Shown here: one piece after another, positions 43,756-54,012 of the stretch | Layout: every line of letters starts with the position of its first letter | How positions within the stretch are numbered: position 1 is the first letter of the stretch | Source of the DNA: Spirochaetia bacterium | GTDB taxonomy: Bacteria > Spirochaetota > Spirochaetia > UBA9216 | NCBI GenBank assembly: GCA_963675665.1 | Contig: OY776510.1 | Span: 1,088,001 to 1,152,000, forward strand | Direction of reading: 5' to 3' | Length of the DNA: 64,000 nt | Notes under the pieces: generated by a model | What the model was told of the DNA's origin: nothing | Seen by the model: the letters and a program-made list of their open reading frames with translations, nothing else | Database searches by the model: none | Made by a program: the position numbers and the translations under genes

Positions 43756-46700
43756 TTTCCGCCTCCGTCAACAGTTCCTTTTTACGTTCCTTTCCGTGCA
43801 GCATCAGGTATAATACGGGAACAAGAAACAGTGTAATTATTGTGTTTGAGGTAAGTCCTCCTATAACCGTTATTCCTATCGGTTTTACCATATCAGTGCT
43901 CGAACCCCCTGAGAAGGCCATGGGTATCATTGCAAAAACAGTTGTCATTGTTGTCATCAATACCGGTCTCAGACGGTTTGCTGCAGCTTCGCAGCAGGCG
44001 CTGAACACATTGTGTCCCCTTTTTCTGTGAAGATTAATTGAATCAACGAGGATAATACCGTTATTAACAACAATACCGAGCAGCATCACTATTCCGATAA
44101 GCGACGGCATGCTGAGAGGTTCTCCGATAACCATATGAATTGCAACAACACCTATAAGCAACATGGGAATCATTGCAATGATTATAAACGGAGATTTCAG
44201 CGATTCAAACTGGCTGACCATTACGGCGAATACCAGCAGCGCTGCAAAGATAAGCACGAGTACCATTCCGTCCAGAGCGTCGGTCAGCATTTCCATTTGG
44301 CCTCCGGTACTGATTGTAACGCCGTCGGGAAGAACAAGCTTCTCTTCTGCGAGGGTCTCTATCTGGTTCTGTACAAAGCTTGCTACTGATCCTTCGGTAA
44401 TATCTCCGGACAGCGTAATTGTTTTAACCCTGTCTTTTCTGTAGATTGAGACCGGACCGTAGGTTTTATTAACTTCGCCGAAGCTTGAGAACGGGATTTT
44501 CTGACCGGTATTGCTTGTAACGAATATCTTGTTGATATCAAATGTCGAATCCCTGTCTTCTTCCCGAAGCTGGAGAACAACATCGTAAGTTTCTCCTTTC
44601 AGGGTTATTTCCGTTGCGGTAACTCCGGCTATCTGTGAGCGCAGTTCGTACGCAATTGCCTGTGTATTCAACCCAAGATCAAAGAGCTTTTCCCGGTCGA
44701 GAACAAGCTCCATTTCAGGCAGAGCGTTGGAATGACTGCTGGTAAACTCAAGAATTTCGGGAATTTCGGATTTAACCAGGGCTGTCAGCTCTTCACTTAT
44801 CCGCACAAGTTCATCCAGATCGTTTCCCTGCAGGCTTAGAGATATATCCCTGCTGCCCGTCATCATTCTTGCCTGGTCGGTGGTTGAGAAACTGATAACA
44901 GCATCCGGAAACATTTCAAAATGTGATCTGAGCATGTTTCGTATCTCATCGTCGCTCATGATTCTCTGCTCGGCCGCAGGAAGGGCAATTTCGAGTTTTC
45001 CGGTATGGGTTCCGCCGGAGGATCCCATGCCTCCGCTTGAGCCGGTTGTTACAATTACATTGGTACGCTCCGATTCGGGAATACTGGTTTCAACAATATA
45101 CTGCCATTGCTGCATAACCTCATCGGTGTTTTCAAGCGCGGTGCCTTCCGGGAGGGTGATATCCAGCACAATTGATGTTTCACCTGAGGACGGAATCATT
45201 ACCATTCCAAGCCTGGGAAGCTGGAAGATCGAACCTGCAAGAAGAACAAGCGAAAGAATAATGATAACAGCTTTATGATTGAGACACCATCCCACGGTTT
45301 TTTTGTAACCGTTGGTAAAGCCGTCCATTCCTTTTTCCATTGAAACGTCCAAAGATCTCAGAGCCCGGTTTTTGATAGGTCTTTCAACCCTTGTATAGAT
45401 TGGAAATACCTTTGATGCAAGAACCGGCACAAGAAGAATCGAAACAGCGAGCGATGAAAGAAGCGCCAGAACGACTGTGAATGCAAGATCCTCGAACATT
45501 ATTCCTACCATTCCAAGATCGCTTTTGAAGATTAAAAGAGGCAGGAATACGCAGACTGATGTAAGAATCGAACCGGTTATTGCGCTTATAACTTCCTGTG
45601 TACCGAGTTCGGCCGAGGGCTGTTTAAGCGCACCTTTTTGACGGTAACGGAATATGTTCTCAATTACTACAATTGAACCGTCGACAATCATTCCGAGCGC
45701 CAGAATCAGGCCCGTCAGTGAAATCATGTTGAATGTTTTACCGGCCAGGCTCATTCCGCCGATTGTGATCAGCAGACTTACCGGAATTGATATTGCAACG
45801 ATAAACGTGGATTTGATTCGCCTGAGAAACAAAAGCAGAACAAGAACTGCAAATATTATTCCGAGAAGAGCAGAGCTGATAACCTGCTGAAGAACGGAAA
45901 TAACCTGAACTGAATTATCCTGAAGTACTATAAGCGAGTTTCCGGAAGATAATCCGTTGCCGATATCGTCAGCCGTCTCCTTTACCCTGCGGACAACATC
46001 GACCATATTTGCATCGTCTGTTTTTTTAATTGCGAATTGAATACCTTCGCGGCCGTTGATCAGAACAATACTTTCCTGGTCTCTCGCCCCGAAAGAGACG
46101 TCCGCCACATCACGCAGCAGAACTTCATAAAAGGAGTTTATGCCGGTCGGTTTAACCGACACAATGGTTTTTTCCAGCTGCTCTAAAGAAGTGATTTCTC
46201 CCGATGTTTGCAGCAGGTAATTTGTGCCGCCTTCTATAAGCTCACCTGCTCCGAGTTTCATGTTCTGGGCGGCAAGAGCTCCTGAAACCTGACTGATGCT
46301 TAAACCGAGAGCATCAAGCCTTTCCTGATAAAAACTGACCAGAATAATCTCTTCAAGTCCTCCCGACAGCGAAACTTCGGCAACTCCGCTGATGCGTTCG
46401 AACCGCGGCTGAATTTCTTCTTCAGCGAGTTTTAAAAGATCTTCCAGGCTCTGATCTCCCGTAAGCGCCAGCTTGATAACGGCCTGGGAATTAGGATCAA
46501 ACTGGAAAAGAAGAGGTTTATCGCATTCATCCGGAAGAATACTTTCGGCCCTTGAGATTTTATCTCTTACGTCGGCTGTAACTTCATGCATATCGGCATC
46601 ATAATCCATCATCATGATGATCATGCTGTAGCTGTCGAATGAGTAGGATGTCAGCGAGTCGAGTCCTGAGGTGTTGGCCAGAATTGCTTCAATTTCACGG

Positions 46701-46891
46701 GTGACCGTATCCTCAACCTCGGCAGGAGACGCCATCGGGTATGTCGTGACTACAGCCATGGCCGGCATGTCCATTTCGGGCATCAGATCAATAGCCAGTC
46801 TGCCGATTAATGTTCCGCCTGCTATTGATGCGACAAGAAACACGATGATCATCGTCATCGGTCTGCTTAAAATTCGTCTTGATAGAGTCAT
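43742..46891 (-). CDS. RND efflux transporter permease subunit
   Basis: 1049 aa; GMIVDGSIVVIENI, GIVVNNGIILVD, RLRPVLMTT. Confidence 0.94.
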   Translation of the reverse strand: MTLSRRILSRPMTMIIVFLVASIAGGTLIGRLAIDLMPEMDMPAMAVVTTYPMASPAEVEDTVTREIEAILANTSGLDSLTSYSFDSYSMIIMMMDYDADMHEVTADVRDKISRAESILPDECDKPLLFQFDPNSQAVIKLALTGDQSLEDLLKLAEEEIQPRFERISGVAEVSLSGGLEEIILVSFYQERLDALGLSISQVSGALAAQNMKLGAGELIEGGTNYLLQTSGEITSLEQLEKTIVSVKPTGINSFYEVLLRDVADVSFGARDQESIVLINGREGIQFAIKKTDDANMVDVVRRVKETADDIGNGLSSGNSLIVLQDNSVQVISVLQQVISSALLGIIFAVLVLLLFLRRIKSTFIVAISIPVSLLITIGGMSLAGKTFNMISLTGLILALGMIVDGSIVVIENIFRYRQKGALKQPSAELGTQEVISAITGSILTSVCVFLPLLIFKSDLGMVGIMFEDLAFTVVLALLSSLAVSILLVPVLASKVFPIYTRVERPIKNRALRSLDVSMEKGMDGFTNGYKKTVGWCLNHKAVIIILSLVLLAGSIFQLPRLGMVMIPSSGETSIVLDITLPEGTALENTDEVMQQWQYIVETSIPESERTNVIVTTGSSGGMGSSGGTHTGKLEIALPAAEQRIMSDDEIRNMLRSHFEMFPDAVISFSTTDQARMMTGSRDISLSLQGNDLDELVRISEELTALVKSEIPEILEFTSSHSNALPEMELVLDREKLFDLGLNTQAIAYELRSQIAGVTATEITLKGETYDVVLQLREEDRDSTFDINKIFVTSNTGQKIPFSSFGEVNKTYGPVSIYRKDRVKTITLSGDITEGSVASFVQNQIETLAEEKLVLPDGVTISTGGQMEMLTDALDGMVLVLIFAALLVFAVMVSQFESLKSPFIIIAMIPMLLIGVVAIHMVIGEPLSMPSLIGIVMLLGIVVNNGIILVDSINLHRKRGHNVFSACCEAAANRLRPVLMTTMTTVFAMIPMAFSGGSSTDMVKPIGITVIGGLTSNTIITLFLVPVLYLMLHGKERKKELLTEAENDQT

Positions 46892-47817
46892 CAGCGGCTT
46901 TCCTCGTCGTTAAGAATCCTGATTTTGCTGCCGTCCGAGACCAGGGTAGCGCCTTCTATAACAACACGGTCGTTTTCAGAAAGTCCTGAAGAGATTTCAA
47001 CAAGGCCGCTGTTTTTTATTCCGGTTGAAACAGTTGTTTTTTCTACGTGTTCTCCATTTACACGGAATACATATGTTGTATCATCGCGGGAGAGAATAGC
47101 TTTTTCGGGAACAACCAGAGTGTTTCCGGAGGTAGAGGTTGTCAGTTCGATACCGACAAACATTCCCGCTTTTATCGGTGTTTTTCCGGTCAGGCTGAGT
47201 TCAATGGAAAGAGTTCTGCTGGCAGGATTAACAACAGGAGAAATGGTCGTAACTTTAGCTTCATATTTCATTCCCGGGGCGGCTGTGGTGCTTATTAAAG
47301 CCCGTTGTCCTTTTTTAACGAGATAGATAAATCGTTCAGGAACATTTGCCGTTATTACAAGACGGCTGATATCCCCGATAGTGACAAGGGGCATCTGCGG
47401 ACTTACGGTTGCGCCGGCATCCGCATTGACGGCGGTAACTGTTCCGCTTATCGGGGCTTTAACCGGGCTTTCGGCATAATTCATGCCGGGCCGGCTGGGA
47501 TCAATTTTGGCAATAACCTGATTTTCAGTCACAATACTTCCTGTTTCAACAGGAAGGGCAATAAGTTTTCCGGAGGTTTCCGGGTAGACATCGACTGAGG
47601 CAGACGCCCCGACATCACCTGAAATGGTCAGTTTGCTTGATATATCCTGCCGCATTACAGTTACAGTTTTAACATTAAAACTCTTTTCAACCTTGGGTTG
47701 TTCAGGGGATGGTTCCGGTTTGGCGGCTGGAACTCTGCCCTTAAGCGGATTACAGCCGCTAAAAAAAGCAAGCAGCAGCGCTGCGGCAAGTATTATAATT
47801 ATTGAACGTATTTTCAT
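46891..47817 (-). CDS. RND periplasmic adaptor (membrane fusion protein), lipoprotein
   Basis: Lipobox FSGC; VKAPISGTV, KAGMF, LVVPEKAI, VEISSGL. Confidence 0.92.
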   Translation of the reverse strand: MKIRSIIIILAAALLLAFFSGCNPLKGRVPAAKPEPSPEQPKVEKSFNVKTVTVMRQDISSKLTISGDVGASASVDVYPETSGKLIALPVETGSIVTENQVIAKIDPSRPGMNYAESPVKAPISGTVTAVNADAGATVSPQMPLVTIGDISRLVITANVPERFIYLVKKGQRALISTTAAPGMKYEAKVTTISPVVNPASRTLSIELSLTGKTPIKAGMFVGIELTTSTSGNTLVVPEKAILSRDDTTYVFRVNGEHVEKTTVSTGIKNSGLVEISSGLSENDRVVIEGATLVSDGSKIRILNDEESR

Positions 47818-47862
47818 AATTTCTCCTGTAAAAAACTTTCACCATGGAAGGTGTTTGGCTCT

Positions 47863-49287
47863 TTATTTTGTCAAATTTTTATTGATTGCAGTTTCGAGGT
47901 TCAGAAGCGATGAAATATAATTGTATTTTTCCGAAACCAGATCCAGTTCAGCCTGAAGCAGATCGTTTTCAGCCGTTTCAAGATCAAGAAGGCTGAGCTG
48001 CCCGTTATTATATGATTCAGTACTCATTTCCAGGCTTTTCCGGTTAATCTCTATGACTTCAGCAAGAACCTTCAGACTTTCCCTGCTTGTATTAAGCGTC
48101 ATCACAAGAGAACGTATTTCCATTTCGGCGCCGAGAAATGCAAGTTCTTTCTGGTATGCCATCCTTTCGATTTCATCGCCGGCTTCACGGATACTATTTG
48201 AAGTTCCTGAATGAGGAAGCCAGTCTTCCACGGGCAGCGACAGGGTAACGGAAAACGACCCGTTATCGCCGAAATAACCGTCGTCGCCCCAGGTTTCTGA
48301 TTCAAAGGGATCGGCCTGGTAAGGGCTGTAAGACCAGCCGAGAACCAGTGCAGGAAGCAGGCTCTGGTTAATGGTAGCCGACTTTCCGTTTTCAAGCATC
48401 TTTTGCGCAATTGTAAGCTGCTGAATATCAATGCGGTTGGCCATATAGGTGTTAACAAGGCTGTCCGCATCCCATATTTCCGGGGAGGCTTCCACCGAGC
48501 CGTCAAGGATAATTTTCTGATTCAGATTAAGGCCCAGATCCATTAAAAAGACCATCTTCAACTGTTCATAACCGTTTTCAATTTTTAAAAGCGAAGGTCC
48601 CATTGATGCGAGGCCGGCTTTTGTATTGAGAAGATCTATTTCCGTTATATACCCGTATTGATACATATCTTCCATGCTTTCGAGTCTTGCCTCTGTGGTT
48701 TTTATGTTCTTTTTCAATACATCAATCTGCTCCTGCAGCAAAAGAAGATTGTAAAAATTTGTTTTTATGCTTTTTTCTGTGTTTTGTTTTGAAGAATCAA
48801 GCTCCAGAAGCGCGTTATTGTAATCAAGTTCCAGCTGCTTTATCCCGTTAAACATGGCAGCGCTCAATGCAAGCTGAGCCGAAATATTACCGACGGCTGT
48901 CCACGGGCTTATTTCACTTTCATATGATGTGAGCATGAGGTAATCATACATCCCGTCGGCAGTTGTCGGCTCTGTAATGCCCGACATTGGATCAAGCCCC
49001 AACACAGCTGTTCCGGCGACGGTCTGTGAGGAATTGCTTCTGCTTAATGTTGCAGACATTGAAATGTCCGGCAGAAAAACATTCCAGGCATCTTTTCTGC
49101 TGCGCTCTTTTCCTGCTGCAGTGCTTTCCTGAATTTTTAAATTGTAATTGTTGGCAAGCCCGAGCTCAACTGCGGTTTCAACCGACAGAACAAGAGGGGC
49201 GCCTGATATTGATGTTGCCGGTTCTTCTGCCGACAGTGAAACCATACCGGCGGAGATTATAATAAATGTTAAAAGAATACGTTTCAT
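47863..49287 (-). CDS. TolC-family outer membrane efflux protein
   Basis: Signal peptide; LSVETAVELGLANNY; YQYGYITEIDL and YNNGQLSLLDL repeats. Confidence 0.88.
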   Translation of the reverse strand: MKRILLTFIIISAGMVSLSAEEPATSISGAPLVLSVETAVELGLANNYNLKIQESTAAGKERSRKDAWNVFLPDISMSATLSRSNSSQTVAGTAVLGLDPMSGITEPTTADGMYDYLMLTSYESEISPWTAVGNISAQLALSAAMFNGIKQLELDYNNALLELDSSKQNTEKSIKTNFYNLLLLQEQIDVLKKNIKTTEARLESMEDMYQYGYITEIDLLNTKAGLASMGPSLLKIENGYEQLKMVFLMDLGLNLNQKIILDGSVEASPEIWDADSLVNTYMANRIDIQQLTIAQKMLENGKSATINQSLLPALVLGWSYSPYQADPFESETWGDDGYFGDNGSFSVTLSLPVEDWLPHSGTSNSIREAGDEIERMAYQKELAFLGAEMEIRSLVMTLNTSRESLKVLAEVIEINRKSLEMSTESYNNGQLSLLDLETAENDLLQAELDLVSEKYNYISSLLNLETAINKNLTK

Positions 49288-49334
49288 ATTGTACTCCGGG
49301 ATAGAAATTAAGAAGAGAATACTTCAGATTTATT

Positions 49335-50309
49335 TTAATTAACATTAAAGCCGGATAACATGATTATAAACATTCTGTTTATATTTACTGAATAGAAATA
49401 ATCCGGATTTAACGGTATGATGATTGTTGTTTCCGTTCCGTTGTCGGAGCTGATCAGGATTTCTGCGTTAAGTTCTTCTGTCAGGCTGGAAATCAGTTTC
49501 ATTCCAAAACCGCCGCTCTTTGAATTGTTTTTACTAAGGGAGAATCCTTTTCCGTTGTCCTTTACCGAAATATAGGCTTTTCCGTTATCTTTTTTTATTA
49601 TTACCGACAAAACGGGGTTTTCTATTCCGTCGAAAGCATACTTTATGCTATTTGTTATGAGTTCATTGATAATTATTCCGATGTAGTAGATTTTCTGGAT
49701 GTCCAGTTCAAAATCTTCTATTTCTGATTTCTGTACAATATTCAGATTTCCGGAACTGGTGTTTTCTATAATTTCTTCTGTCAGAGACTGAAAATAATCT
49801 TTGGTGGAAAGTTTCTGAAAATTTTCAGATTGATAAATACGGTTATACAGATGGAACATGCTTCGAACCCGGTTTCCGGCATTGGCAATTATTTCACGCG
49901 AATTTTCATCTTCAATTGTTTCACCCTGAAGTTCGAGAAGACTGCAGACCGTATTCATGTTGTTTTTTATACGATGATGGACTTCTTTCAGCAGCAGTTC
50001 CTTCTCTTTTAGAAGGTTCTGTATTTTCTGCTGGTTTTTTTTCCTTTCAATCAGAATTTTGCCGAGGCCAAGAATTCCTGCAAACATCAGAACCGACAGA
50101 ATCAAGCCTATTATTTCAAACTGAGGATCTACTATGTGTGTTGAAGTTTTTGCATAAGTATATAAAGTCAGAATTCGCCTGACACCCATTAGTAAAAGTG
50201 CGGATGAAACACAGAGCCAGGAAACAAGAATCCGGGTGTGCTTTATTAACCTGATCGCATATGCGGCAGTGAACAATTGAAATACAATCGACATTATAAT
50301 AATAGTCAT
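49335..50309 (-). CDS. Membrane sensor histidine kinase, HisKA_2 type (start approximate)
   Basis: Three N-terminal TMs, EVHHRIKNN, INELITNSIKYA, DNGKG, GFGMKLI. Confidence 0.85.
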   Translation of the reverse strand: MTIIIMSIVFQLFTAAYAIRLIKHTRILVSWLCVSSALLLMGVRRILTLYTYAKTSTHIVDPQFEIIGLILSVLMFAGILGLGKILIERKKNQQKIQNLLKEKELLLKEVHHRIKNNMNTVCSLLELQGETIEDENSREIIANAGNRVRSMFHLYNRIYQSENFQKLSTKDYFQSLTEEIIENTSSGNLNIVQKSEIEDFELDIQKIYYIGIIINELITNSIKYAFDGIENPVLSVIIKKDNGKAYISVKDNGKGFSLSKNNSKSGGFGMKLISSLTEELNAEILISSDNGTETTIIIPLNPDYFYSVNINRMFIIMLSGFNVN

Positions 50310-50388
50310 TCCTGATTTTATCATTAATATTACCAAACATATTATTTTTTTATTTGATCTGAAGCTTGTTTTGCCTATAATTGGAAAT

Positions 50389-51816
50389 ATGACAGGCCCG
50401 CTCAACAGAATTTTTTTTATACAGGTTTTATTATTTGCATTATCCATTTTCCTGATTCTGTTGGCTGTTTTTTCTTTTCAAACAATGGGTAATGTCAGGA
50501 ATAATATTGTTCAGGAATTTAAAACGAGCCTCCAGATAATGGCCAATAATGTTACTCACAAGGTTTTAATCGCCGAAGAGAACGTGAAAGCCGTTTCAAG
50601 CCGATCGATGATAAAAACCCGGTTATTTGATTATCATAACGGAACTTTCAGTCTTGAACAGATCAGGGAATACACTCAGCCGAAATTTGAAGAAGGAGTT
50701 GCAGTTTACAGCAACATTCTTTATGCTGCAAGAACAGATTTAAACGGTACGGTAATTGCAGATTATTTTCCGGAAGCCCGGGGAGCAGAAGCAGATATGG
50801 CGGGAAGCCCGCTTTTTTTTAAAACCGAAAACGGCTGTAATGTTCTGATCAGAAACCGTATTATACATAACCAGACTGAAATAGGAACAGATGAGGCCGC
50901 TTTTTTAATGGATAGGTTTCCCGAAAATGACTATAAGATACTTCAGGCGGTATGCATAAAAGAAGAGTTTATTCATGATAAAAGAATGCACCAGTATTCT
51001 TTTTCTGTCCCTATAGGCAGTACCGGGTTTCATTTATATGCCGAACTAAATCAGGAAATGCTTAAAGAAGCGCAGCTTTCGGAAATCAGGCTTGTGCTGA
51101 TTGAATCATTTCTTCTTTTTATCGTTGTAATCATCATTTCATATTTTACCATTCTGAGGCTTGCTCTGGGGTTGAATGAAAAACTGCAGGAGTCCAACCT
51201 GAACCTGAATGACGCGTTGAAAGGCAAAGACCTGCTGTTTAAAGAACTTCATCACAGAATAAAAAACAATCTGGCCTTCATAACAAGTTATATCAGGCTT
51301 CAGCAATCCCGTACGGATGATAAAGAGATAATTCAAAAGAATGATCAGCTGGTCAATAAAATAGATGCAATAAGCATAGCATATGAAATGCTTCGAAACG
51401 GAGATGAAATATCATATCTGTATTTGGGAGATTATCTTTATAAATTATGCGTAACAGTTGTTGATTCCAGCCATGTTCAGGGGGTCAGCATTGAACGCGG
51501 CCATACGGATCAAATAAGTATGAATTCAAAAAAAGTTATAACAATCGGTTTGCTGTTTTCAGAACTTGTAATAAACTCCATCAAGCATGCAAAGGGAAAA
51601 GAAGATTTAAAAATAACAATCGGGATAAAGATTAATCAAAAGAATGTTGAGTTATCTTATGAAGATGACGGGAAAGCTTTTCCCGAGGACATGAGTATCA
51701 GTGGGTCGGAGTCTTTTGGTATGTTGATTATATCGAGTCTTGCAAAACAAATTGATGCTTCGATAGAGTATAATTTTATGCACAGTAAATTGATGAAATT
51801 TATTGTGCCTGTTTAG
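50389..51816 (+). CDS. Membrane sensor histidine kinase, HisKA_2 type, with periplasmic sensor domain
   Basis: Two TMs, ELHHRIKNNL, SELVINSIKHA, DDG, SFGMLII. Confidence 0.87.
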   Translation: MTGPLNRIFFIQVLLFALSIFLILLAVFSFQTMGNVRNNIVQEFKTSLQIMANNVTHKVLIAEENVKAVSSRSMIKTRLFDYHNGTFSLEQIREYTQPKFEEGVAVYSNILYAARTDLNGTVIADYFPEARGAEADMAGSPLFFKTENGCNVLIRNRIIHNQTEIGTDEAAFLMDRFPENDYKILQAVCIKEEFIHDKRMHQYSFSVPIGSTGFHLYAELNQEMLKEAQLSEIRLVLIESFLLFIVVIIISYFTILRLALGLNEKLQESNLNLNDALKGKDLLFKELHHRIKNNLAFITSYIRLQQSRTDDKEIIQKNDQLVNKIDAISIAYEMLRNGDEISYLYLGDYLYKLCVTVVDSSHVQGVSIERGHTDQISMNSKKVITIGLLFSELVINSIKHAKGKEDLKITIGIKINQKNVELSYEDDGKAFPEDMSISGSESFGMLIISSLAKQIDASIEYNFMHSKLMKFIVPV

Positions 51817-51819
51817 ACC

Positions 51820-52566
51820 GTGATGCTGAATGCCGTTGTAAATATTGATAAAAGCCTTTATTTCTTTTTAAAGAAAAAGTATGGACAAAATAAAATCAAT
51901 ATTGAATTCAAAAACAAACGAACCGTAAAAGATTTGCTTGAAAGTATCGGTATTCCGCATGTCGAGGTCGGCGATATTTTAATTGACGGAGAGCGGAAAG
52001 ATATAAATTTCCTGATAGACAGAGACTGCAGTCTGAGGGTGTTTAATGTTCTGCCCGGTATGCCTGCCCCGGTGGCTTTCCCCCCGGTCTTTATCCTTGA
52101 TGTCCATCTCGGCAAGCTTGCCTTAAACCTGAGAATGTTGGGGTTTAAGGCCGACTACTCCAATAATCGTGATGACCGGGAACTTGCCGGGACGGCTGAG
52201 AAAACCGGGGGTATTTTGCTGAGCTGTGATCGGGGTCTTCTAATGCGCCGTAATGTTAAAACCGGAATGGTGATAAGAAGCCGCGAACCGGTTAAACAGG
52301 CAGCAGAGGTCGTTCGGCGATTTAATCTTTACGGGCATATAAAACCCTTTTCTGTTTGTCCGGGATGCGGCGGAGCTTTGAAGCGGGCAGGAAAACTGGA
52401 TGAGCTAACATCAAGTGAAAAAAACTCCCTTCCGCCGAAGGTCAGAGGCTGGTGTGATGAATACACCCGGTGTGCCGGGTGCGGGCAGCTTTACTGGGAG
52501 GGCAGCCATTTTCCCTCGCTTTTAGCAAGGATTAATGAAATTATTGCTTATTCAAAAGCCCCGTAA
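51820..52566 (+). CDS. Mut7-C RNase (PIN-like) with N-terminal ubiquitin-like domain and Zn ribbon
   Basis: TVKDLLESIGIPHVEV; FILDVHLGKLA..LRMLG; LSCDRGL; CPGC...CAGC.QLYWEGSH. Confidence 0.88.
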   Translation: MMLNAVVNIDKSLYFFLKKKYGQNKINIEFKNKRTVKDLLESIGIPHVEVGDILIDGERKDINFLIDRDCSLRVFNVLPGMPAPVAFPPVFILDVHLGKLALNLRMLGFKADYSNNRDDRELAGTAEKTGGILLSCDRGLLMRRNVKTGMVIRSREPVKQAAEVVRRFNLYGHIKPFSVCPGCGGALKRAGKLDELTSSEKNSLPPKVRGWCDEYTRCAGCGQLYWEGSHFPSLLARINEIIAYSKAP

Positions 52567-53423
52567 TTGGCAGAAACATTATTGTCGGAGGTGAAAATGG
52601 TTAGAAAGTCTTCTCCCTCAATTGATATAAAAATATTTTTTAGACTTTGATCCTTTATATCCGTTGAAGATGCGACCGACTTTAAATTATCAAGGGGTAT
52701 ATAGAGATCTTCTCTGCCGTAGATTGGAAAGGAAAGATACTTGAAATTCCTGCCGCGGTTTATGATTTTTAATTCGCTGCCGTCGCAGAAATGGAGAGAT
52801 TCAAGAAGCTGTTTGGCGGTGATGATATTCAGAGCTTTGACGAAAAAATTTTCCTTCTGACGGGACAGACGGGTTCTCGGCTGGTATGCAAAAAGAATAT
52901 TGTCCGGGTTTTTTTGTTTTTCCTGCATGATTATACTTTCAAAATAAAAATTAAACACATCTTTTTCAGGGTGTGCCGCCTCGGGAATTCTCTCTTTAAT
53001 ATTCCTGTTGTTTGTCAGGTATCGCCTCCTGATAATTTCTACAGCCTTTTTAATAAGATTGGATGATACTGTACTGTATGAGAATTCATATACCGAGTTT
53101 TTACTGTACAGAGAGAGATTTCCGTTCAGCAATGCTTCATGATGCCTGATGGACAGTATTTCGTGATAACTGAAGCAATCCGTTATAACATTATCGTCTT
53201 CACGTTTCATTATATCGAAATTGTTTTCGTACATCGTCAGGACATAATCATAAAGATTCATACCCGGTGAAGCGTCCCGGCGGTCTATTGATCTCGGTAT
53301 CTTTATCTGAAGCAGAATATTATCTTTTCTGGTGAAGTAGGGGACAAAAAGGGGAGGCAACGGATCTTCGTCGGTTATCTCGAGTATCCATGGTCCGAAT
53401 CGGTCGTATTCAGCATTTCTCAC
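52548..53423 (-). CDS. Hypothetical protein, co-transcribed with marR
   Basis: AAGGAG RBS before GTG 53423; EYDRFGPW...KIPR.IDRRDA.PGMNLYD. Confidence 0.7.
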   Translation of the reverse strand: MRNAEYDRFGPWILEITDEDPLPPLFVPYFTRKDNILLQIKIPRSIDRRDASPGMNLYDYVLTMYENNFDIMKREDDNVITDCFSYHEILSIRHHEALLNGNLSLYSKNSVYEFSYSTVSSNLIKKAVEIIRRRYLTNNRNIKERIPEAAHPEKDVFNFYFESIIMQEKQKNPDNILFAYQPRTRLSRQKENFFVKALNIITAKQLLESLHFCDGSELKIINRGRNFKYLSFPIYGREDLYIPLDNLKSVASSTDIKDQSLKNIFISIEGEDFLTIFTSDNNVSANYGAFE

Positions 53424-53877
53424 TGTCTTCTCCTTTGGTTTTAAAATATAAGCGCAGGAGATGCAGTCCTGTTTCAATTTTATTTTTATCAGTATCATTT
53501 AATCCGTTAAAAAACAGGTTGAGATTATAATCACAGTTTTTCTTGTGTTCGAAAAAAAAGGCTTTTCCGTTTTCCGTCAAACTCAAATAATATTTACGAT
53601 CATCGTCCGGATCATCCGTTCTGCATACAAGATCCAGATTAAGCAGGGTTTTAAGCATTCTGGTCAGGCTTCCTTTCTGAATATCAAGCCTGATGCTGAT
53701 TCCTCCCGGCGTAAGGCTTTTTTCAATATCCAGCACCGCTATTATTTTAATATGATTTTTCAGAAGCCTGATTCCGTTGTACTCGGCCCTGTTTACAATA
53801 GGGTTTATAAATCTATGCAGCCCCGGCAACAGCTCCATTATCACTTCGTTAAGCCGGGATGAATATTCAACTTCCAT
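53410..53877 (-). CDS. MarR-family transcriptional regulator
   Basis: LTPGGISIRLDIQKGSLTRML...DPDDDRKYYLSLTENG. Confidence 0.88.
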   Translation of the reverse strand: MEVEYSSRLNEVIMELLPGLHRFINPIVNRAEYNGIRLLKNHIKIIAVLDIEKSLTPGGISIRLDIQKGSLTRMLKTLLNLDLVCRTDDPDDDRKYYLSLTENGKAFFFEHKKNCDYNLNLFFNGLNDTDKNKIETGLHLLRLYFKTKGEDSEKC

Positions 53878-53892
53878 GTTATTTTCTCCAAT

Positions 53893-53951
53893 ATAGTTGT
53901 AAATACAACTGTTGTAGTTACAACTATAAGTGTCTTTTTATTGTGTGTCAA
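53893..53951 (-). promoter_or_regulatory. marR promoter with tandem palindromic operators
   Basis: Minus-strand TTGACA (53946-53951)-17 bp-TATAGT (53923-53928), overlapping AGTTGTA-AA-TACAACT (53895-53910) and GTTGTA-GT-TACAAC (53911-53924). Confidence 0.75.
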
Positions 53952-53954
53952 GTT

Positions 53955-53989
53955 AAAAAAGCCTCTGTCCGTTGCGGCCGGACAGAGGC
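53955..53989 (-). terminator. Rho-independent terminator after ackA
   Basis: GCCTCTGTCCG / CGGACAGAGGC stem with a U6 tail on the minus strand. Confidence 0.85.
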
Positions 53990-54012
53990 ATTATATTCAG
54001 TTTAAACCTGAT

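Noticed and set aside
43742-46891. RND proton-relay motif deviating from AcrB (VDGS for VDDA, N for K)
   Set aside because: Such variants are common in non-proteobacterial RND permeases, so this is not evidence of novelty
51820-52566. Mut7-C/ubiquitin-like protein as a toxin-antitoxin or ubiquitin conjugation system
   Set aside because: Known single-gene fusion; no antitoxin or E1/E2/JAB genes nearby
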